Shown: piece after piece, positions 8,950 to 19,641 of the stretch
Layout: every line of letters starts with the position of its first letter
How positions within the stretch are numbered: position 1 is the first letter of the stretch
Assembly (NCBI GenBank): GCA_045654945.1
Contig: JAZOOG010000017.1
Coordinates: 46,066-110,065 of the forward strand
Length of the DNA stretch: 64,000 nt
Direction: 5' to 3'
Origin: Paludibacteraceae bacterium
GTDB taxonomy: Bacteria; Bacteroidota; Bacteroidia; Bacteroidales; Paludibacteraceae
Program-made: the position numbers and the translations under genes
The notes under the pieces: model-generated
What the model was told of the DNA's origin: nothing
The model's database searches: none
The model's input: the letters and a program-made list of their open reading frames with translations, nothing else

Positions 8950-10062
8950 TTATCTGTTGATTTCCCAGTATCCATTGCGTTTGCCATTGCGTCGTGATAT
9001 GATACCTTTATTGGTTAGATTCACCGTGAGCGTTTTTACCGTTCGCTCCGATTTGCCAATAGCTGCTGCTATTTGCTTTTGCGTAGCAGACGGGGTTTGC
9101 TGTAAGATCCGCAATACCGCTAATTCTTCTAAAGTGCAATTTTTGCACTTTGAAAGCACTACTTCGTCTTCTTTTGCACTTTGGTTTGCACTTTGAACTT
9201 GCTCATGGTCATTTGTCGCCTGCCAATCGAGATGCAGTTCTCTATTTTGTAGAGGATGATTCTCGTTTAACAACATGTTGCGGAAGAATCGCTCCAAGAA
9301 CAAAGGGTTGTAGCTAATACCTTGTAGTACATTGGTGTAGTTAGCACGCACAAGCGCGTTACGGAAGTACCATGAGTTATTGGCAAATATTTCGTTGTTT
9401 ACCTTAAACCCTAATGTCGTTAGGTATTTGATCATAAACACAGCTGTGGTGCGTGTGTTGCCTTCACCGAATGGATGGATTTGCCATATATTACTACAAA
9501 ATGTTGCGAGGTGAGCAATTGCTTCATCTACAGAAACGGAGGAATAGTTGAATGATTTTTCTTGTTCAAAATCATATTTCAACGTCTCGCTAATCATATC
9601 AGCGCCCGCGTAGTAAACGGTATCGCCGCGTAGCACCCATTCGCGTTTGGTAATGTTGTAATTGCGTATTTTACCAGCAAATTTATAAATGCCAGTAAAC
9701 AGATGTCTGTGAATAGCAATTAATTGCGAAGGGTTAAAGGCGAATGTCTTTTCTGATAGTAATTCCGCAATACGAGCAGATACCTTGTCGGCTTCTTCTG
9801 TTGCTTCGCTCTCGCTATTTTGGCGCACTTGTTGTGATTGATAGTAAGAGTCAATGAGTTCTTTCGCTTTTTGAAGCGTAATATCGCCTTCGATATGCTG
9901 TTTAGCTGTCTGCAATAGGTACGCTGAGGTATTTAAGCCATCTACTTGTTGCAATCCTATAGCAGTCTGCCATATCTGCCCACGCTCTCGTTGCATGGGT
10001 TCGCCTTGGCGGATGTACTCCTCCAGATTTGGCATACTGTGTATAGTAGGATTGTTTATCAT
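8950..10062 (-). CDS. Fic-domain protein with a C-terminal winged-helix DNA-binding domain
   Basis: Fic core motif [15 protein letters not shown]-terminal MarR-like wHTH: [58 protein letters not shown]. Confidence 0.85.
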   Translation of the reverse strand: MINNPTIHSMPNLEEYIRQGEPMQRERGQIWQTAIGLQQVDGLNTSAYLLQTAKQHIEGDITLQKAKELIDSYYQSQQVRQNSESEATEEADKVSARIAELLSEKTFAFNPSQLIAIHRHLFTGIYKFAGKIRNYNITKREWVLRGDTVYYAGADMISETLKYDFEQEKSFNYSSVSVDEAIAHLATFCSNIWQIHPFGEGNTRTTAVFMIKYLTTLGFKVNNEIFANNSWYFRNALVRANYTNVLQGISYNPLFLERFFRNMLLNENHPLQNRELHLDWQATNDHEQVQSANQSAKEDEVVLSKCKNCTLEELAVLRILQQTPSATQKQIAAAIGKSERTVKTLTVNLTNKGIISRRNGKRNGYWEINR

Positions 10063-10108
10063 TATAATCTGATTTCAGCAACTTTTTCGCGCAAATTACT
10101 TTCGGGTG

Positions 10109-10143
10109 CAAAGTTAGTTATTTTTTTGCATATATACAAGGAA
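10109..10143 (-). promoter_or_regulatory. Promoter for fic, and probably for purM-purH-purD-folD downstream
   Basis: The minus strand reads ccTTGtatatatgcaaaaaaataacTAACTTTG, about 45 nt upstream of the fic ATG. Confidence 0.55.
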
Positions 10144-10325
10144 AAGGGCAGAAAGTTTTTTGACAATCTACATTTTGTCAAATCGGGTGTGAAATTCTCT
10201 ATAAGTTTCGAGAAGAAGGAGTGCAACGGAACGCATTCCGAGCGTGAAGAAACTAATTGACTATTAGCTTCGAGTTAAGAATTGTACTAGTGTAGATTGC
10301 AAGGTGTAGAGTGTATAGACAAGGA

Positions 10326-10366
10326 TAAAAAATAGAGCATATCGGTGTGATATGCTCTATTTTTTG
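10326..10366. terminator. Bidirectional rho-independent terminator after purL
   Basis: AAAAAATAGAGCATATC ggtgt GATATGCTCTATTTTTT is a stem flanked by an A-run and a T-run, 15 nt downstream of the purL stop. Confidence 0.8.
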
Positions 10367-10380
10367 GTATATAGGTAGGA

Positions 10381-13300
10381 TTACTTTTTTCTAAAGTATG
10401 CCACTGCGTTGTCGAACAGAGGTTGGCACTTGTTGCCAGCGATATTGGTAAATACGCCATCTTCCCAGCGCTCGGTGTGACCCATCTTACCCAGGATCTG
10501 ACCGTTCTTGGAGATGATACCCTCGATGGCATAATACGAACCATTAGGGTTGTAAGGTGCTTCCATAGTCGCTTCGCCCGTCATAGGATCAGCATAGCGG
10601 AATGCCACTTGTCCGTTCTCGAACAGCTCCTTCGCCAGTGCCTCGTTTACCACAAACTTACCTTCGCCGTGACTGACTGCAATGCTATGAGTATCACCTA
10701 CTTGCATACCGCGAAGCCATGGGCTGGCGGTGGTAGCTACAGTAGTTGTTACCATCTGCGAGATGTGGCGATTGATATCGTTGCGGAACAGGGTTGGAGA
10801 GTCTGGAGTAACCATACCGAGTTTGCCGTAAGGCAACAATCCGCTCTTCACCAATGCTTGGAATCCGTTGCAGATACCCAGGATCAGACCACCGCGGTCG
10901 ATGAGGGCTGTGATAGCTGCGCCGACTTTTTGGTTGTTGATCACGCTGGCAATGAACTTGCCACTGCCGTCTGGTTCGTCACCTGCAGAGAAACCACCCG
11001 CAAACATCAAGATATGGCAGCGGTTGATATGCTCTACCATCTCGTCGATACTTGAGAGGACATCCTCGCCCGTGAGGTTGCGGAAGATAGTAGTCTCCAC
11101 CTCTGCACCTGCCTTGCGCCATGCCTTGGCAGAGTCGTAGTCGCAGTTCGTGCCTGGGAATACTGGTATATAAACCAACGGATGCTCAACGGCTTCGCCC
11201 TTGTAGGTTAAAGGCGAAAGGGTAGAGGTTAAAGGCAGGGTATCCGCTGGCATCAATGCTTGATGCTGTGCAGGAACAGCGGATGGATAGATCTTATCGA
11301 ACTGACCACAGCATGCCTTCAGCAATGCCTCGCGCGATACGCGCTCGTTATTTACAATAAGGTGAGTACCCTCAACGACCTCGCCCAAGTATTGTAGGCT
11401 ATTGGCAATTGGCGATGGGCAATTGGCGAGAAGGTCTTCGGTTGCCTCTACGAGGATAGAGCCGTAGTTATAGTCGAAGAGTTCGTTCTCGGCGATTTGG
11501 ACATCGACTGCCAATTCGTTACCGAAACTCATCTTGGCCAATGCTTCTGCTACGCCACCGAAGCCAATAGCGTAAGTAGCACAGATCTTGCCCGATTGGA
11601 TAGCGTTGGTAGTATAAGTCCAGTTTTCTTTCAATTGCTCTACGTTAGGCATATAGTTCGCCAATGCGTTGTGCTTGATGAGATAGAGCTTGTTGCCCGC
11701 TTTCTTGAGGTCGGTAGAAACGACTTTGTCGGCAGGCACGGTGGTGATACCGAAAGCAATCAAAGTTGGAGGTACGCTGATGTGCTCAAAAGTACCCGAC
11801 ATAGAGTCTTTTCCGCCGATACTTGGCAAACCGAACGCCACTTGCATCTTGAGTGCACCGAGGAGTGCAGAGAGTGGTTTGCCATAGGCATGCTCGCTGC
11901 TCATACGCTCGAAGTACTCTTGGTAAGAGAAGCGCATCTTACTATAATCCGCTCCTGCTGCCACTACCTTCGTGCAAGCCTCTACAACTGCATAAGCAGC
12001 GCTGTGGTAAGGGCTCCAGTCGGCAATGAATGGGTTGTAACCAAACGCCATGATGGAGGCGGTATTGGTATAGCCGTCGGTTGGAAGTTTCTGTACACTG
12101 ACTTGTGTCTCAGAGAGTTGTGTTTTACCGCCGAATGGCATAAGTACAGTACTACGACCGATAGTCGCATCGAAATTCTCAATCAAACCCTTTTGTGAAG
12201 TGACATTGGCGTCTGCCATCACCTTCACCATTTTCTCTTCGAGGGTAGCCCCTTCTACGGTTTGCGCAAATGGGTTCTTCTCCTCTACAGGCAGGATAGC
12301 GGCAGAAGCAAAGTGCTTAGCACCTGCGCTATCGATAAACTCGCGGGTGAGGTCGGCGATGAGTTCGCCTTTATAGAACTGACGCATACGACCGCTGTCG
12401 GTGACATCTGCCACATGGGTATATTCGATATTATCGAGGTGGCAATAGTGCTCCATCTCGGCACGATCTTTGGCCTCGATGACTACTGCCATACGCTCTT
12501 GTGACTCGCTGATAGCCAATTCGGTAGGATTCAAACCGCTGTACTTAGTAGGCACACGGTCAAGGTAGATATCCAAGCCATCAGCCAACTCGCCAATAGC
12601 TACGCTGACACCACCTGCACCGAAGTCGTTGGACTTCTTGATGAGGCGAGTCGCTTCTGGGCGACGCATGAGGCGTTGGAGTTTGCGTTCTTCAGGTGCG
12701 TTACCTTTTTGTACCTCGCTACCGCAGGTCTCGAGCGATGCTTCGGTATGCTCTTTGGATGAACCCGTAGCGCCACCTACGCCATCACGACCAGTGCGAC
12801 CGCCAAGGAGGAGGATGATATCGCCTGCTGCAGGGCTCTCACGGCGGATGTTGCTGGCTGGAGATGCACCTACTACGGCGCCTACCTCAAGGCGTTTAGC
12901 CACATACGATGGGTGGAAGATTTCACGCACATGGGTAGTAGCCAGACCGATTTGGTTGCCATAACTGGAGTAACCAGCTGCTGCCTTGCGAGAGATGATC
13001 TGCTGTGGCAGTTTGCCAGGCATGGTCTCTGCTACTGGCTTATAGATATCGCCTGCGCCCGTTACGCGCATGGCTTGATAGACATATGCACGACCAGACA
13101 AAGGGTCGCGGATAGCACCACCAAGACAGGTACTTGCGCCACCGAATGGCTCAATCTCGGTTGGGTGGTTGTGGGTCTCGTTCTTGAATTGGAGCAGCCA
13201 TTTTTCGGTCTTGCCATCGACATTCACATCAATGAAGATAGAGCATGCGTTGTTCTCCTCGCTGACCTCCATATCATCGAGAAGGCCTTTCTTGCGCAGG

Positions 13301-14127
13301 TAACGCGCGCCGATGGTAGCGAGCTCCATGAGGCACAATGGTTTCTCTGTGCGACCGAGTTCAGCGCGGATATCGTGGAACATACCGAGGGTGGACTCAA
13401 TCTCGTCTTTCACGAAGGAATCATCGATCTTGATAGACTCGAGGATGGTGGTGAAAGTGGTGTGACGGCAGTGGTCAGACCAGTAGGTATCGAGGATTCG
13501 GAGTTCGGTCTCGGTAGGATTGCGTTGCTCCTTTTGGAAATAAGTGACTACCTCGTGCAGATCGTCGGTGTTCATTGCCAAGCCCCATTCTTTGCAGAAT
13601 GCCGCATACTCTTCGCGTGGCATGGTGATGAAGCCATCGAGTTGAGCGAGTGGCTTGACATCGGCTGTTTGGTTTTGTGAGAGTTGAGAGAGGTCTTTCT
13701 CGCGTGACTCTACGGCATTGATGTAGTAGTGACGGATCTTATCGAGTTCGTCAGCGGTGAGTTGCTCGTCAAAGACGAGGAGACGGCTGGAACGGATCTC
13801 GACCTCCGCATTAGGGTCGATGAGGTGTACACAGTCCACAGCCGATGATGCGCGTTGGTCGAACTGACCTGGGAGGTACTCTACGGCGAGGTACTTCTTG
13901 CCTGTAAGGTCGCACTCGTTTGATACCGTGTCGGTTACGGTCTCGCCGAAGACGCTATAGCGGCACTGCTCAAGGAGCTCAGGTGTAAAACCAAAGAGGT
14001 CATACACATTGATATAGCGGAGTGATTGCAGGTGGAGTTGTAGGTTCTCGTTGAGCTCGTTCTTGAGACTGCGAGCCTCTACCTGAAATGCTGGACGCTT
14101 TTCTACGAAAATTCTATAGTTTGCCAT
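10381..14127 (-). CDS. purL: Phosphoribosylformylglycinamidine synthase, single-chain large form
   Basis: 1248 aa. It contains the FGAM synthetase domains and a C-terminal glutaminase (GICNGFQAL...HGEG). Confidence 0.95.
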   Translation of the reverse strand: MANYRIFVEKRPAFQVEARSLKNELNENLQLHLQSLRYINVYDLFGFTPELLEQCRYSVFGETVTDTVSNECDLTGKKYLAVEYLPGQFDQRASSAVDCVHLIDPNAEVEIRSSRLLVFDEQLTADELDKIRHYYINAVESREKDLSQLSQNQTADVKPLAQLDGFITMPREEYAAFCKEWGLAMNTDDLHEVVTYFQKEQRNPTETELRILDTYWSDHCRHTTFTTILESIKIDDSFVKDEIESTLGMFHDIRAELGRTEKPLCLMELATIGARYLRKKGLLDDMEVSEENNACSIFIDVNVDGKTEKWLLQFKNETHNHPTEIEPFGGASTCLGGAIRDPLSGRAYVYQAMRVTGAGDIYKPVAETMPGKLPQQIISRKAAAGYSSYGNQIGLATTHVREIFHPSYVAKRLEVGAVVGASPASNIRRESPAAGDIILLLGGRTGRDGVGGATGSSKEHTEASLETCGSEVQKGNAPEERKLQRLMRRPEATRLIKKSNDFGAGGVSVAIGELADGLDIYLDRVPTKYSGLNPTELAISESQERMAVVIEAKDRAEMEHYCHLDNIEYTHVADVTDSGRMRQFYKGELIADLTREFIDSAGAKHFASAAILPVEEKNPFAQTVEGATLEEKMVKVMADANVTSQKGLIENFDATIGRSTVLMPFGGKTQLSETQVSVQKLPTDGYTNTASIMAFGYNPFIADWSPYHSAAYAVVEACTKVVAAGADYSKMRFSYQEYFERMSSEHAYGKPLSALLGALKMQVAFGLPSIGGKDSMSGTFEHISVPPTLIAFGITTVPADKVVSTDLKKAGNKLYLIKHNALANYMPNVEQLKENWTYTTNAIQSGKICATYAIGFGGVAEALAKMSFGNELAVDVQIAENELFDYNYGSILVEATEDLLANCPSPIANSLQYLGEVVEGTHLIVNNERVSREALLKACCGQFDKIYPSAVPAQHQALMPADTLPLTSTLSPLTYKGEAVEHPLVYIPVFPGTNCDYDSAKAWRKAGAEVETTIFRNLTGEDVLSSIDEMVEHINRCHILMFAGGFSAGDEPDGSGKFIASVINNQKVGAAITALIDRGGLILGICNGFQALVKSGLLPYGKLGMVTPDSPTLFRNDINRHISQMVTTTVATTASPWLRGMQVGDTHSIAVSHGEGKFVVNEALAKELFENGQVAFRYADPMTGEATMEAPYNPNGSYYAIEGIISKNGQILGKMGHTERWEDGVFTNIAGNKCQPLFDNAVAYFRKK

Positions 14128-14129
14128 GA

Positions 14130-14597
14130 TTAAATAACGGTATTAACTACTTTCTCGGTTTGTTGTTTGCGGAATTCTTCAAGTTGAGCGAGGAGAGCGC
14201 TGTCTTGCAATGCGAGGATTGCTACTGCGAGAAGGGCAGCGTTCTTCGAACCGTTGATAGCTACGGTAGCCACAGGAATGCCTGCTGGCATTTGAACGAT
14301 GCTGAGGAGTGAATCCAAGCCATCGAGTGTTTTGCTGCGAATAGGTACACCAATCACAGGGAGTGAGGTCAAACCAGCAATCACACCTGCGAGGTGTGCT
14401 GCGCCGCCTGCACCAGCGATGATGATGCTCAGACCACGCTCGCGCGCAGACTCTGCCCACTTCATAAGCTCGTGTGGAGCACGGTGCGCACTGATGACGC
14501 GTTTATCTACTTCAATTCCGAATTGCTCGAGGGTCTCAATAGCGGGAGTCATTACTTCTAAGTCGCTGGTTGAGCCCATTACTACGCCTACTTTCAT
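14130..14597 (-). CDS. purE: N5-carboxyaminoimidazole ribonucleotide mutase
   Basis: [16 protein letters not shown]...ISAHRAPH...[14 protein letters not shown]...PVIGVPI. Confidence 0.93.
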   Translation of the reverse strand: MKVGVVMGSTSDLEVMTPAIETLEQFGIEVDKRVISAHRAPHELMKWAESARERGLSIIIAGAGGAAHLAGVIAGLTSLPVIGVPIRSKTLDGLDSLLSIVQMPAGIPVATVAINGSKNAALLAVAILALQDSALLAQLEEFRKQQTEKVVNTVI

Positions 14598-14660
14598 ACT
14601 ATTGTATAGTTGTTTTAAAGTTAATTTTTTTCGAAATATTTGTCTCTGACAAAGACGCTA

Positions 14661-14692
14661 CAAAGGTACGAATAATTTTGCACATACACAAG
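14661..14692 (-). promoter_or_regulatory. Promoter for purE-purL
   Basis: The minus strand reads cTTGtgtatgtgcaaaattattcgTACCTTTG, about 60 nt upstream of the purE ATG. Confidence 0.55.
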
Positions 14693-14873
14693 TAAAATAG
14701 AATAAAGTTGGAATTAAAATTGATTTTGCAAAGTTGGTGCAGCATAAATGAATGCATCTTGTCTCTGCCATTTTGGCAGTAGAGTAGTGTGGAAGGCAGT
14801 TTGGCAAGGATTTTGTATAAAGATTAGCAAGAAAGTATAAAACGTGAGAAACGATTAAAATCATTATACATTT

Positions 14874-16958
14874 ATGAGCAAAAAAGGTAATATTGGGGTA
14901 ACATCGGATAATATTTTCCCCGTCATCAAGAAGTTTCTGTACTCAGATCACGAGATTTTTTTGCGTGAGTTGATTTCCAACGCAGTAGATGCTACGCAAA
15001 AGTTGAAAACCCTTGCTGCTGTAGGTGAGGCTAAAGGTGAATTGGGCGACACGCGCGTGCGCGTAATCCTTAATAAGAATAAGAAGACGCTCACTGTACA
15101 AGACCACGGTATCGGTATGACAGCTGATGAGGTGGATAAGTATATCAACCAAATCGCATTCTCGGGTGCAGAGGAGTTTGTTAATAAGTACAAGGATAAT
15201 GCCCAAGCTATTATTGGTCACTTTGGTCTTGGCTTCTATTCTGCTTTCATGGTAGCCGACAAGGTGGAGATCTTCTCGCTGTCGTACCAAGAGGATGCAA
15301 AGGCCGTGCATTGGTCGTGCGATGGCTCGCCAGAATACACCATGGAAGAGACCATCAAGGCTGAGCGTGGTACGGATATCGTGCTGCACATCAACGAGGA
15401 ATACGCTCAGTATCTGGAAGATAGTACTGTAGAAGGTTTGTTGAGTAAGTACTGCAAGTTCCTTCCTGTGGAGATTGCTTTTGGTATGAAGAAAGAGTGG
15501 AAGGACGGCAAGCAAGTGGAGACTGGCGAGGAGAATATCATCAACGATGTGAACCCCGCATGGACACGCAAGCCAGCCGACCTCACCGATGAGGACTATC
15601 AGAAGTTCTACCACCAACTCTATCCTCATCAGATGGACGAACCTCTCTTCCATATCCACCTCAATGTGGACTATCCGTTTAACCTAACGGGTATCCTCTA
15701 CTTCCCTCGTATCAAGAATAATATTGATATTCAGCGCAATAAGATTCAGCTTTATTGCAACCAGGTCTTCGTGACCGACGAGGTGGAGAATATTGTGCCA
15801 CAGTATTTGACTCTCTTGCATGGTGTGATTGACTCGCCAGATATTCCGCTCAATGTGAGCCGTTCGTACTTGCAGAGCGATAATAATGTGAAGAAGATCT
15901 CCAGCCATATCACCAAGAAGGTGGCTGACAAATTGGCAGAGATATTCCGCAATGACCGCGAAGATTTTGAGAAGAAGTGGGACGATATCAAGCTCTTTAT
16001 CCAGTACGGTATGCTCAGCGATGAGAAGTTCTATGACCGTGCCGTGGGCTTTGCGCTCTTGAAGAACTTGGACAGCAAGTACTTCACTTTGGAGGAGTAT
16101 AAGGCTGAGGTCAAGGAGGCACAGACCGACAAGAACGGTGACCTCATCCTGCTCTATGCGCAAGATGCAGACGCAAGTTACGCCTATATCCAACGCGCTA
16201 AGGAGAAGGGATATGATGTGCTACTAATGGACGGCGAGTTGGATGTACACGCTATGTCTCAGTTCGAGCAAAAGAGCTATGGCGATAGTTCAGACGATAA
16301 GAAACAGATGATTCGTTTCGTTCGTGTGGACTCAGATGTGATCGAGAATATCATCCAAAAAGAAGACAAAGCGAAAGTTGAACTCACGGAGAATGAGGAG
16401 AATGCTTTGCGCTTTAGTTTTGAGACTCTGTTGCCAAAAACCGATAAAACCCGCTATGATGTAAGTTTGGAAGCTGTTTCGGCGGATGCACTTCCTGTTT
16501 TCCTCACCCAAAATGAGTTCATGCGCCGTATGAAGGAGATGTCGGCTCACCAACAGGGCATGGCGTTCTATGGCAATATGCCTGACCAATATAATTTGGT
16601 CATCAACACCGCTAACGACAAGGTGAAAGACCTGCTTGCAGAGATCACAACTGCTTGTGCAGAGGGTACTGCGCCTATCGTGGAGCAGATTGCGGCTAAG
16701 CAGGCCGAGGAGAAGACCTTGCAAGAGGCACAGAAGGGCAAGAAAGATGCTGACCTCACCCAAGAGGAGAAGGATGCTGTGACCAATGTGACCAAGGAGT
16801 TGGCAGCTCTCAAACAACAACTCAAGGAGCAATATGCTGCTTATGCAACGGGTAGCGACAAACTGCACCAACTTGTTGATATAGCTATGTTGGCTGCGGG
16901 TCAGTTGAAGGGCGAAGCCTTGGCTAAGTTCGTCAATCGTTCGGTAGAACTTCTCTAA
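14874..16958 (+). CDS. htpG: Molecular chaperone HtpG (Hsp90)
   Basis: FLRELISNAVDA..KL, HFGLGFYSAFMVADKV, and full-length Hsp90 architecture (694 aa). Confidence 0.95.
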   Translation: MSKKGNIGVTSDNIFPVIKKFLYSDHEIFLRELISNAVDATQKLKTLAAVGEAKGELGDTRVRVILNKNKKTLTVQDHGIGMTADEVDKYINQIAFSGAEEFVNKYKDNAQAIIGHFGLGFYSAFMVADKVEIFSLSYQEDAKAVHWSCDGSPEYTMEETIKAERGTDIVLHINEEYAQYLEDSTVEGLLSKYCKFLPVEIAFGMKKEWKDGKQVETGEENIINDVNPAWTRKPADLTDEDYQKFYHQLYPHQMDEPLFHIHLNVDYPFNLTGILYFPRIKNNIDIQRNKIQLYCNQVFVTDEVENIVPQYLTLLHGVIDSPDIPLNVSRSYLQSDNNVKKISSHITKKVADKLAEIFRNDREDFEKKWDDIKLFIQYGMLSDEKFYDRAVGFALLKNLDSKYFTLEEYKAEVKEAQTDKNGDLILLYAQDADASYAYIQRAKEKGYDVLLMDGELDVHAMSQFEQKSYGDSSDDKKQMIRFVRVDSDVIENIIQKEDKAKVELTENEENALRFSFETLLPKTDKTRYDVSLEAVSADALPVFLTQNEFMRRMKEMSAHQQGMAFYGNMPDQYNLVINTANDKVKDLLAEITTACAEGTAPIVEQIAAKQAEEKTLQEAQKGKKDADLTQEEKDAVTNVTKELAALKQQLKEQYAAYATGSDKLHQLVDIAMLAAGQLKGEALAKFVNRSVELL

Positions 16959-16993
16959 ACACTGCAAGTAGCCCGAAGGGCGTTCAATAAACA

Positions 16994-17024
16994 AAATCCT
17001 CACTCAGCAGAGTGGGGATTTTAT
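16994..17024 (+). terminator. Probable htpG terminator
   Basis: AAAATCCTCACTCAGCAGAGTGGGGATTTTATT is an imperfect stem followed by T residues, about 35 nt after the stop. Confidence 0.5.
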
Positions 17025-17166
17025 TGTAACAAATTGTAGAAGCACAACGCCATTTACACCATGAGCAGAATTGAATTGGCGATTTTTTTGTAAATATGTT
17101 GCACGAATGAAAAAAATGTAGTACCTTTGCAGTCGCAAAGCAATTCAAGGCAAGTTAGTTAAAAAA

Positions 17167-17623
17167 ATGACAACTCCTCATTTTATAAAAAGAGAAAATA
17201 TGATAGCCGATACTGAGTATATCCAATGGTTATCGGATGTAAAAAAGCGCTTTCGCCAGAGTCAAGGACGTGCTCTTGTAAAAGTAAATGCAGAAATGCT
17301 TGACTTTTATTGGAGTATCGGTCGTGACCTTGTTTTGCTCAAGGCAGAAGCACGCTGGGGAGATAGTGTTGTTAAACAATTCGCATTTGATATGCGAGAA
17401 GCTTTTCCAGAAGCAACTGGTTTTTCGGATACTAATGTGAAGTATATGAAGCGTTGGTATTCGTTTTATAATGAGAAACTTATAAAAAGTCAACGACCCG
17501 TTGATATTTTTGCGAATGGTGAACAAATTTCAAGACATAAACAAACCTCTTGGCGTGGCTACATATCAATTAGAAGAAGTCGTAGAACGTACTGTGAAAG
17601 AATTAGAATTGAATAAAAAATGA
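17167..17623 (+). pseudogene. DUF1016 (YhcG-like) gene remnant with an internal deletion and a frameshift
   Basis: The N-terminal ~115 aa (YIQWLSDVKKRFRQSQGRALVKVNAEMLDFYWSIGRDLV...TNVKYMKRWYSFY) look like a DUF1016 N-terminus. In another frame the last 90 nt encode DINKPLGVATYQLEEVVERTVKELELNKK*, which looks like a DUF1016 C-terminus. The nuclease core is missing. Its own TAccTTTG box is at 17122-17129. Confidence 0.6.
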
Positions 17624-19213
17624 ATCACCATTTATCACGGACAAGACGGTAAAGATGGTCAAAATGGTCAAAACGGAGCAGATGGTAAAGATGGTCAAGA
17701 CGGACAAAATGGCGCCGATGGCAAAGATGGCTCTACTCCTGTGATTGGTGTGGCACAAGACACCGACGGAGTATATTATTGGACATTGAATGGCGAATGG
17801 CTATTGGATGACAATGGCAACAAACTCCCTGTTTCAGGCAAAGACGGTCAAAACGGTGCCAATGGCTCTAATGGTCAAGACGGTGCAGACGGTAAGGACG
17901 GACAAGACGGCGAAGATGGCAAAGATGGTGCTGATGGCAAAGATGGCGTAACTCCTCAGTTGAAGATTGAGGATGGCTATTGGTACATCTCTTATGACAA
18001 TGGTGCAACTTGGACACAATTAGGCAAAGCTACAGGCGAAGATGGTAAGGATGGTCAAAATGGCTCTAATGGTACAGATGGCAAGGACGGCAAAGACGGT
18101 CAAGACGGCGACTCCATGTTCCAATCTGTAACACAAGATGATGACTATGTTTACTTCACTCTTGCTGACGGTACAGTTATTAAGATTGCAAAGGGTAGCG
18201 GTAGCAATAATCAGCTAAGTAACGAAGATATCATTGTCTTCCGAGATTTGGCAGTCAAATCTGGTTTGCTCAAATTAGGGGTAGATACAACGGGTGATGG
18301 TGAAATTTCTTATGGCGAAGCTACACAATATTCGGGTACACTTTCTTTTGGAAGCAACACAAAAATCCATTCATTTAAGGAATGCCAATATTTTACTAAT
18401 GTAAAATCTTTCGCATTTGGCTACTGTTCAAATCTATTTGAAATAGATCTCCCTGAAAATATAACTAGTATTGATCCTGGCGCATTCAAGGAATGTTCTT
18501 CCTTAATTTCACTTACGATTCCAAATAGCGTAACAAAAATTGGAGATGGTGCATTTATGCGATGCTCAACACTTGTTTCAATGACACTTCCTGAAAGTGT
18601 AATTAGTATTGAATCTAATGCTTTTTATGGTTGTGTTTCTATGAAAAATATCAACATCCCTTGTAATATCACAAGCATTGGGTCTAGTGCATTTATTGGT
18701 TGTTCCAATCTTAATGTATTATACGATGCTAAAAATTGTAGCTATTCTGAGTCTTCTCAGATTTTTCCGCAGGCACTTTCAATTACACTGGGAAATAATG
18801 TAGAATATATTCCTGCATATATGTTTTATAATGATTATAGATTAGAATCTATTGATATTCCTAAAAATGTAAAATCAATCGGAACCAGGGCATTCCAATT
18901 TTCTCAGCTTGCTTCTGTTACTTTTTCAGAAGGATTAGAAACCATAGATACATATGCTTTTTCAGGAACAAACTTGACTTCAGTACAGATTCCAAGAAGT
19001 ATTAAAACTATAGGCTCATATGCATTTACTCGTGACAATTTCACAACAACAGGTCCTAGTCAGATATATTGCGAAGCGATAACTCCGCCTACAATATCTG
19101 GTGCTCCATTCAATGTAAATGCAACTATATATGTCCCACGTGCTTATGTAGAAGATTATAAAGTTGTTTGGAGTGCTTATGCTTCGCGAATTGTTGGATA
19201 TGATTTTGAATAA
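17624..19213 (+). CDS. 5'-truncated surface protein: collagen-like (G-X-Y)n region, Bacteroidales DUF4988-type module and BspA-type leucine-rich repeats
   Basis: The frame is open from the stop at 17621-17623 and begins ITIYHGQDGKDGQNG... It has no ATG and no signal or lipoprotein sequence (the track uses GTG at 17741). Later segments: GKDGQDGEDGKDGADGKDGVTPQLKIEDGYWYISYDNGATWTQLGKATGEDG, then repeated IP.SVT.IG..AF..C..L units (LRR_5/BspA-like). Confidence 0.6.
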   Translation: MTIYHGQDGKDGQNGQNGADGKDGQDGQNGADGKDGSTPVIGVAQDTDGVYYWTLNGEWLLDDNGNKLPVSGKDGQNGANGSNGQDGADGKDGQDGEDGKDGADGKDGVTPQLKIEDGYWYISYDNGATWTQLGKATGEDGKDGQNGSNGTDGKDGKDGQDGDSMFQSVTQDDDYVYFTLADGTVIKIAKGSGSNNQLSNEDIIVFRDLAVKSGLLKLGVDTTGDGEISYGEATQYSGTLSFGSNTKIHSFKECQYFTNVKSFAFGYCSNLFEIDLPENITSIDPGAFKECSSLISLTIPNSVTKIGDGAFMRCSTLVSMTLPESVISIESNAFYGCVSMKNINIPCNITSIGSSAFIGCSNLNVLYDAKNCSYSESSQIFPQALSITLGNNVEYIPAYMFYNDYRLESIDIPKNVKSIGTRAFQFSQLASVTFSEGLETIDTYAFSGTNLTSVQIPRSIKTIGSYAFTRDNFTTTGPSQIYCEAITPPTISGAPFNVNATIYVPRAYVEDYKVVWSAYASRIVGYDFE

Positions 19214-19221
19214 GGAATACT

Positions 19222-19614
19222 ATGTTTAAGAGAGGTTATGTTTATGAAGTTTGCGAAAATGGTCAAAAGATGCATCCTATAGTTATTATGGAAGATGCGC
19301 CGTTAAATAGTACGATAATTAAAGCGGTTGCATTTACACATAATGAACAAGGAACTCATGTCCATCGTAATCAACCATTTCCTAAAGAATATGTCATCAA
19401 GAAGCATGCTAAAGGTATGTACAAATTTCAATGGCAAAAAACAAGAAAAGGTAGTACAAGTATTATAACAGATGGATTCCTAAAATCTGTCACTATAATT
19501 AATCCTCAACACATTGGTCGCATAAAGAAATCTGGGTTAATATGGATTGAGCAAATTGTTGGTGACAACTATGTAGAAATTATTGGACATATTTATAATG
19601 CAAGAGTAAATTAG
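19222..19614 (+). CDS. Hypothetical protein, 130 aa
   Basis: ATG ORF 8 nt after the LRR gene and followed by a terminator. The N-terminus KRGYVYEV..GQKMHPIVIMED faintly recalls the first strands of PemK/MazF-like toxins. That resemblance is not enough for a call. Confidence 0.4.
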   Translation: MFKRGYVYEVCENGQKMHPIVIMEDAPLNSTIIKAVAFTHNEQGTHVHRNQPFPKEYVIKKHAKGMYKFQWQKTRKGSTSIITDGFLKSVTIINPQHIGRIKKSGLIWIEQIVGDNYVEIIGHIYNARVN

Positions 19615-19641
19615 GAAATACATCTTATATTATCATTCTCA

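Noticed and set aside
4190-14649. Numerous long ORFs antisense to or overlapping folD, purD, purH, purM, purL and purE, for example 4190-4759, 5821-6312, 6601-7173, 8132-8809, 10423-11055, 11497-12198 and 12913-13680.
   Set aside because: Each lies entirely inside a gene with an unambiguous full-length enzyme match on the other strand. Their translations are low-complexity or Arg/Ser/Cys-rich with no motifs. These are typical shadow ORFs in moderately GC-rich coding DNA.
14598-14873. A riboswitch (purine, ZTP/pfl or THF) in the leaders of purE-purL, fic-purM or folD.
   Set aside because: The leaders are short (about 45-60 nt) and AT-rich. I could not find the conserved cores, such as CCGCCTGGGC-like for ZTP or the purine-riboswitch junction. 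A covariance-model scan would be needed to exclude this formally.
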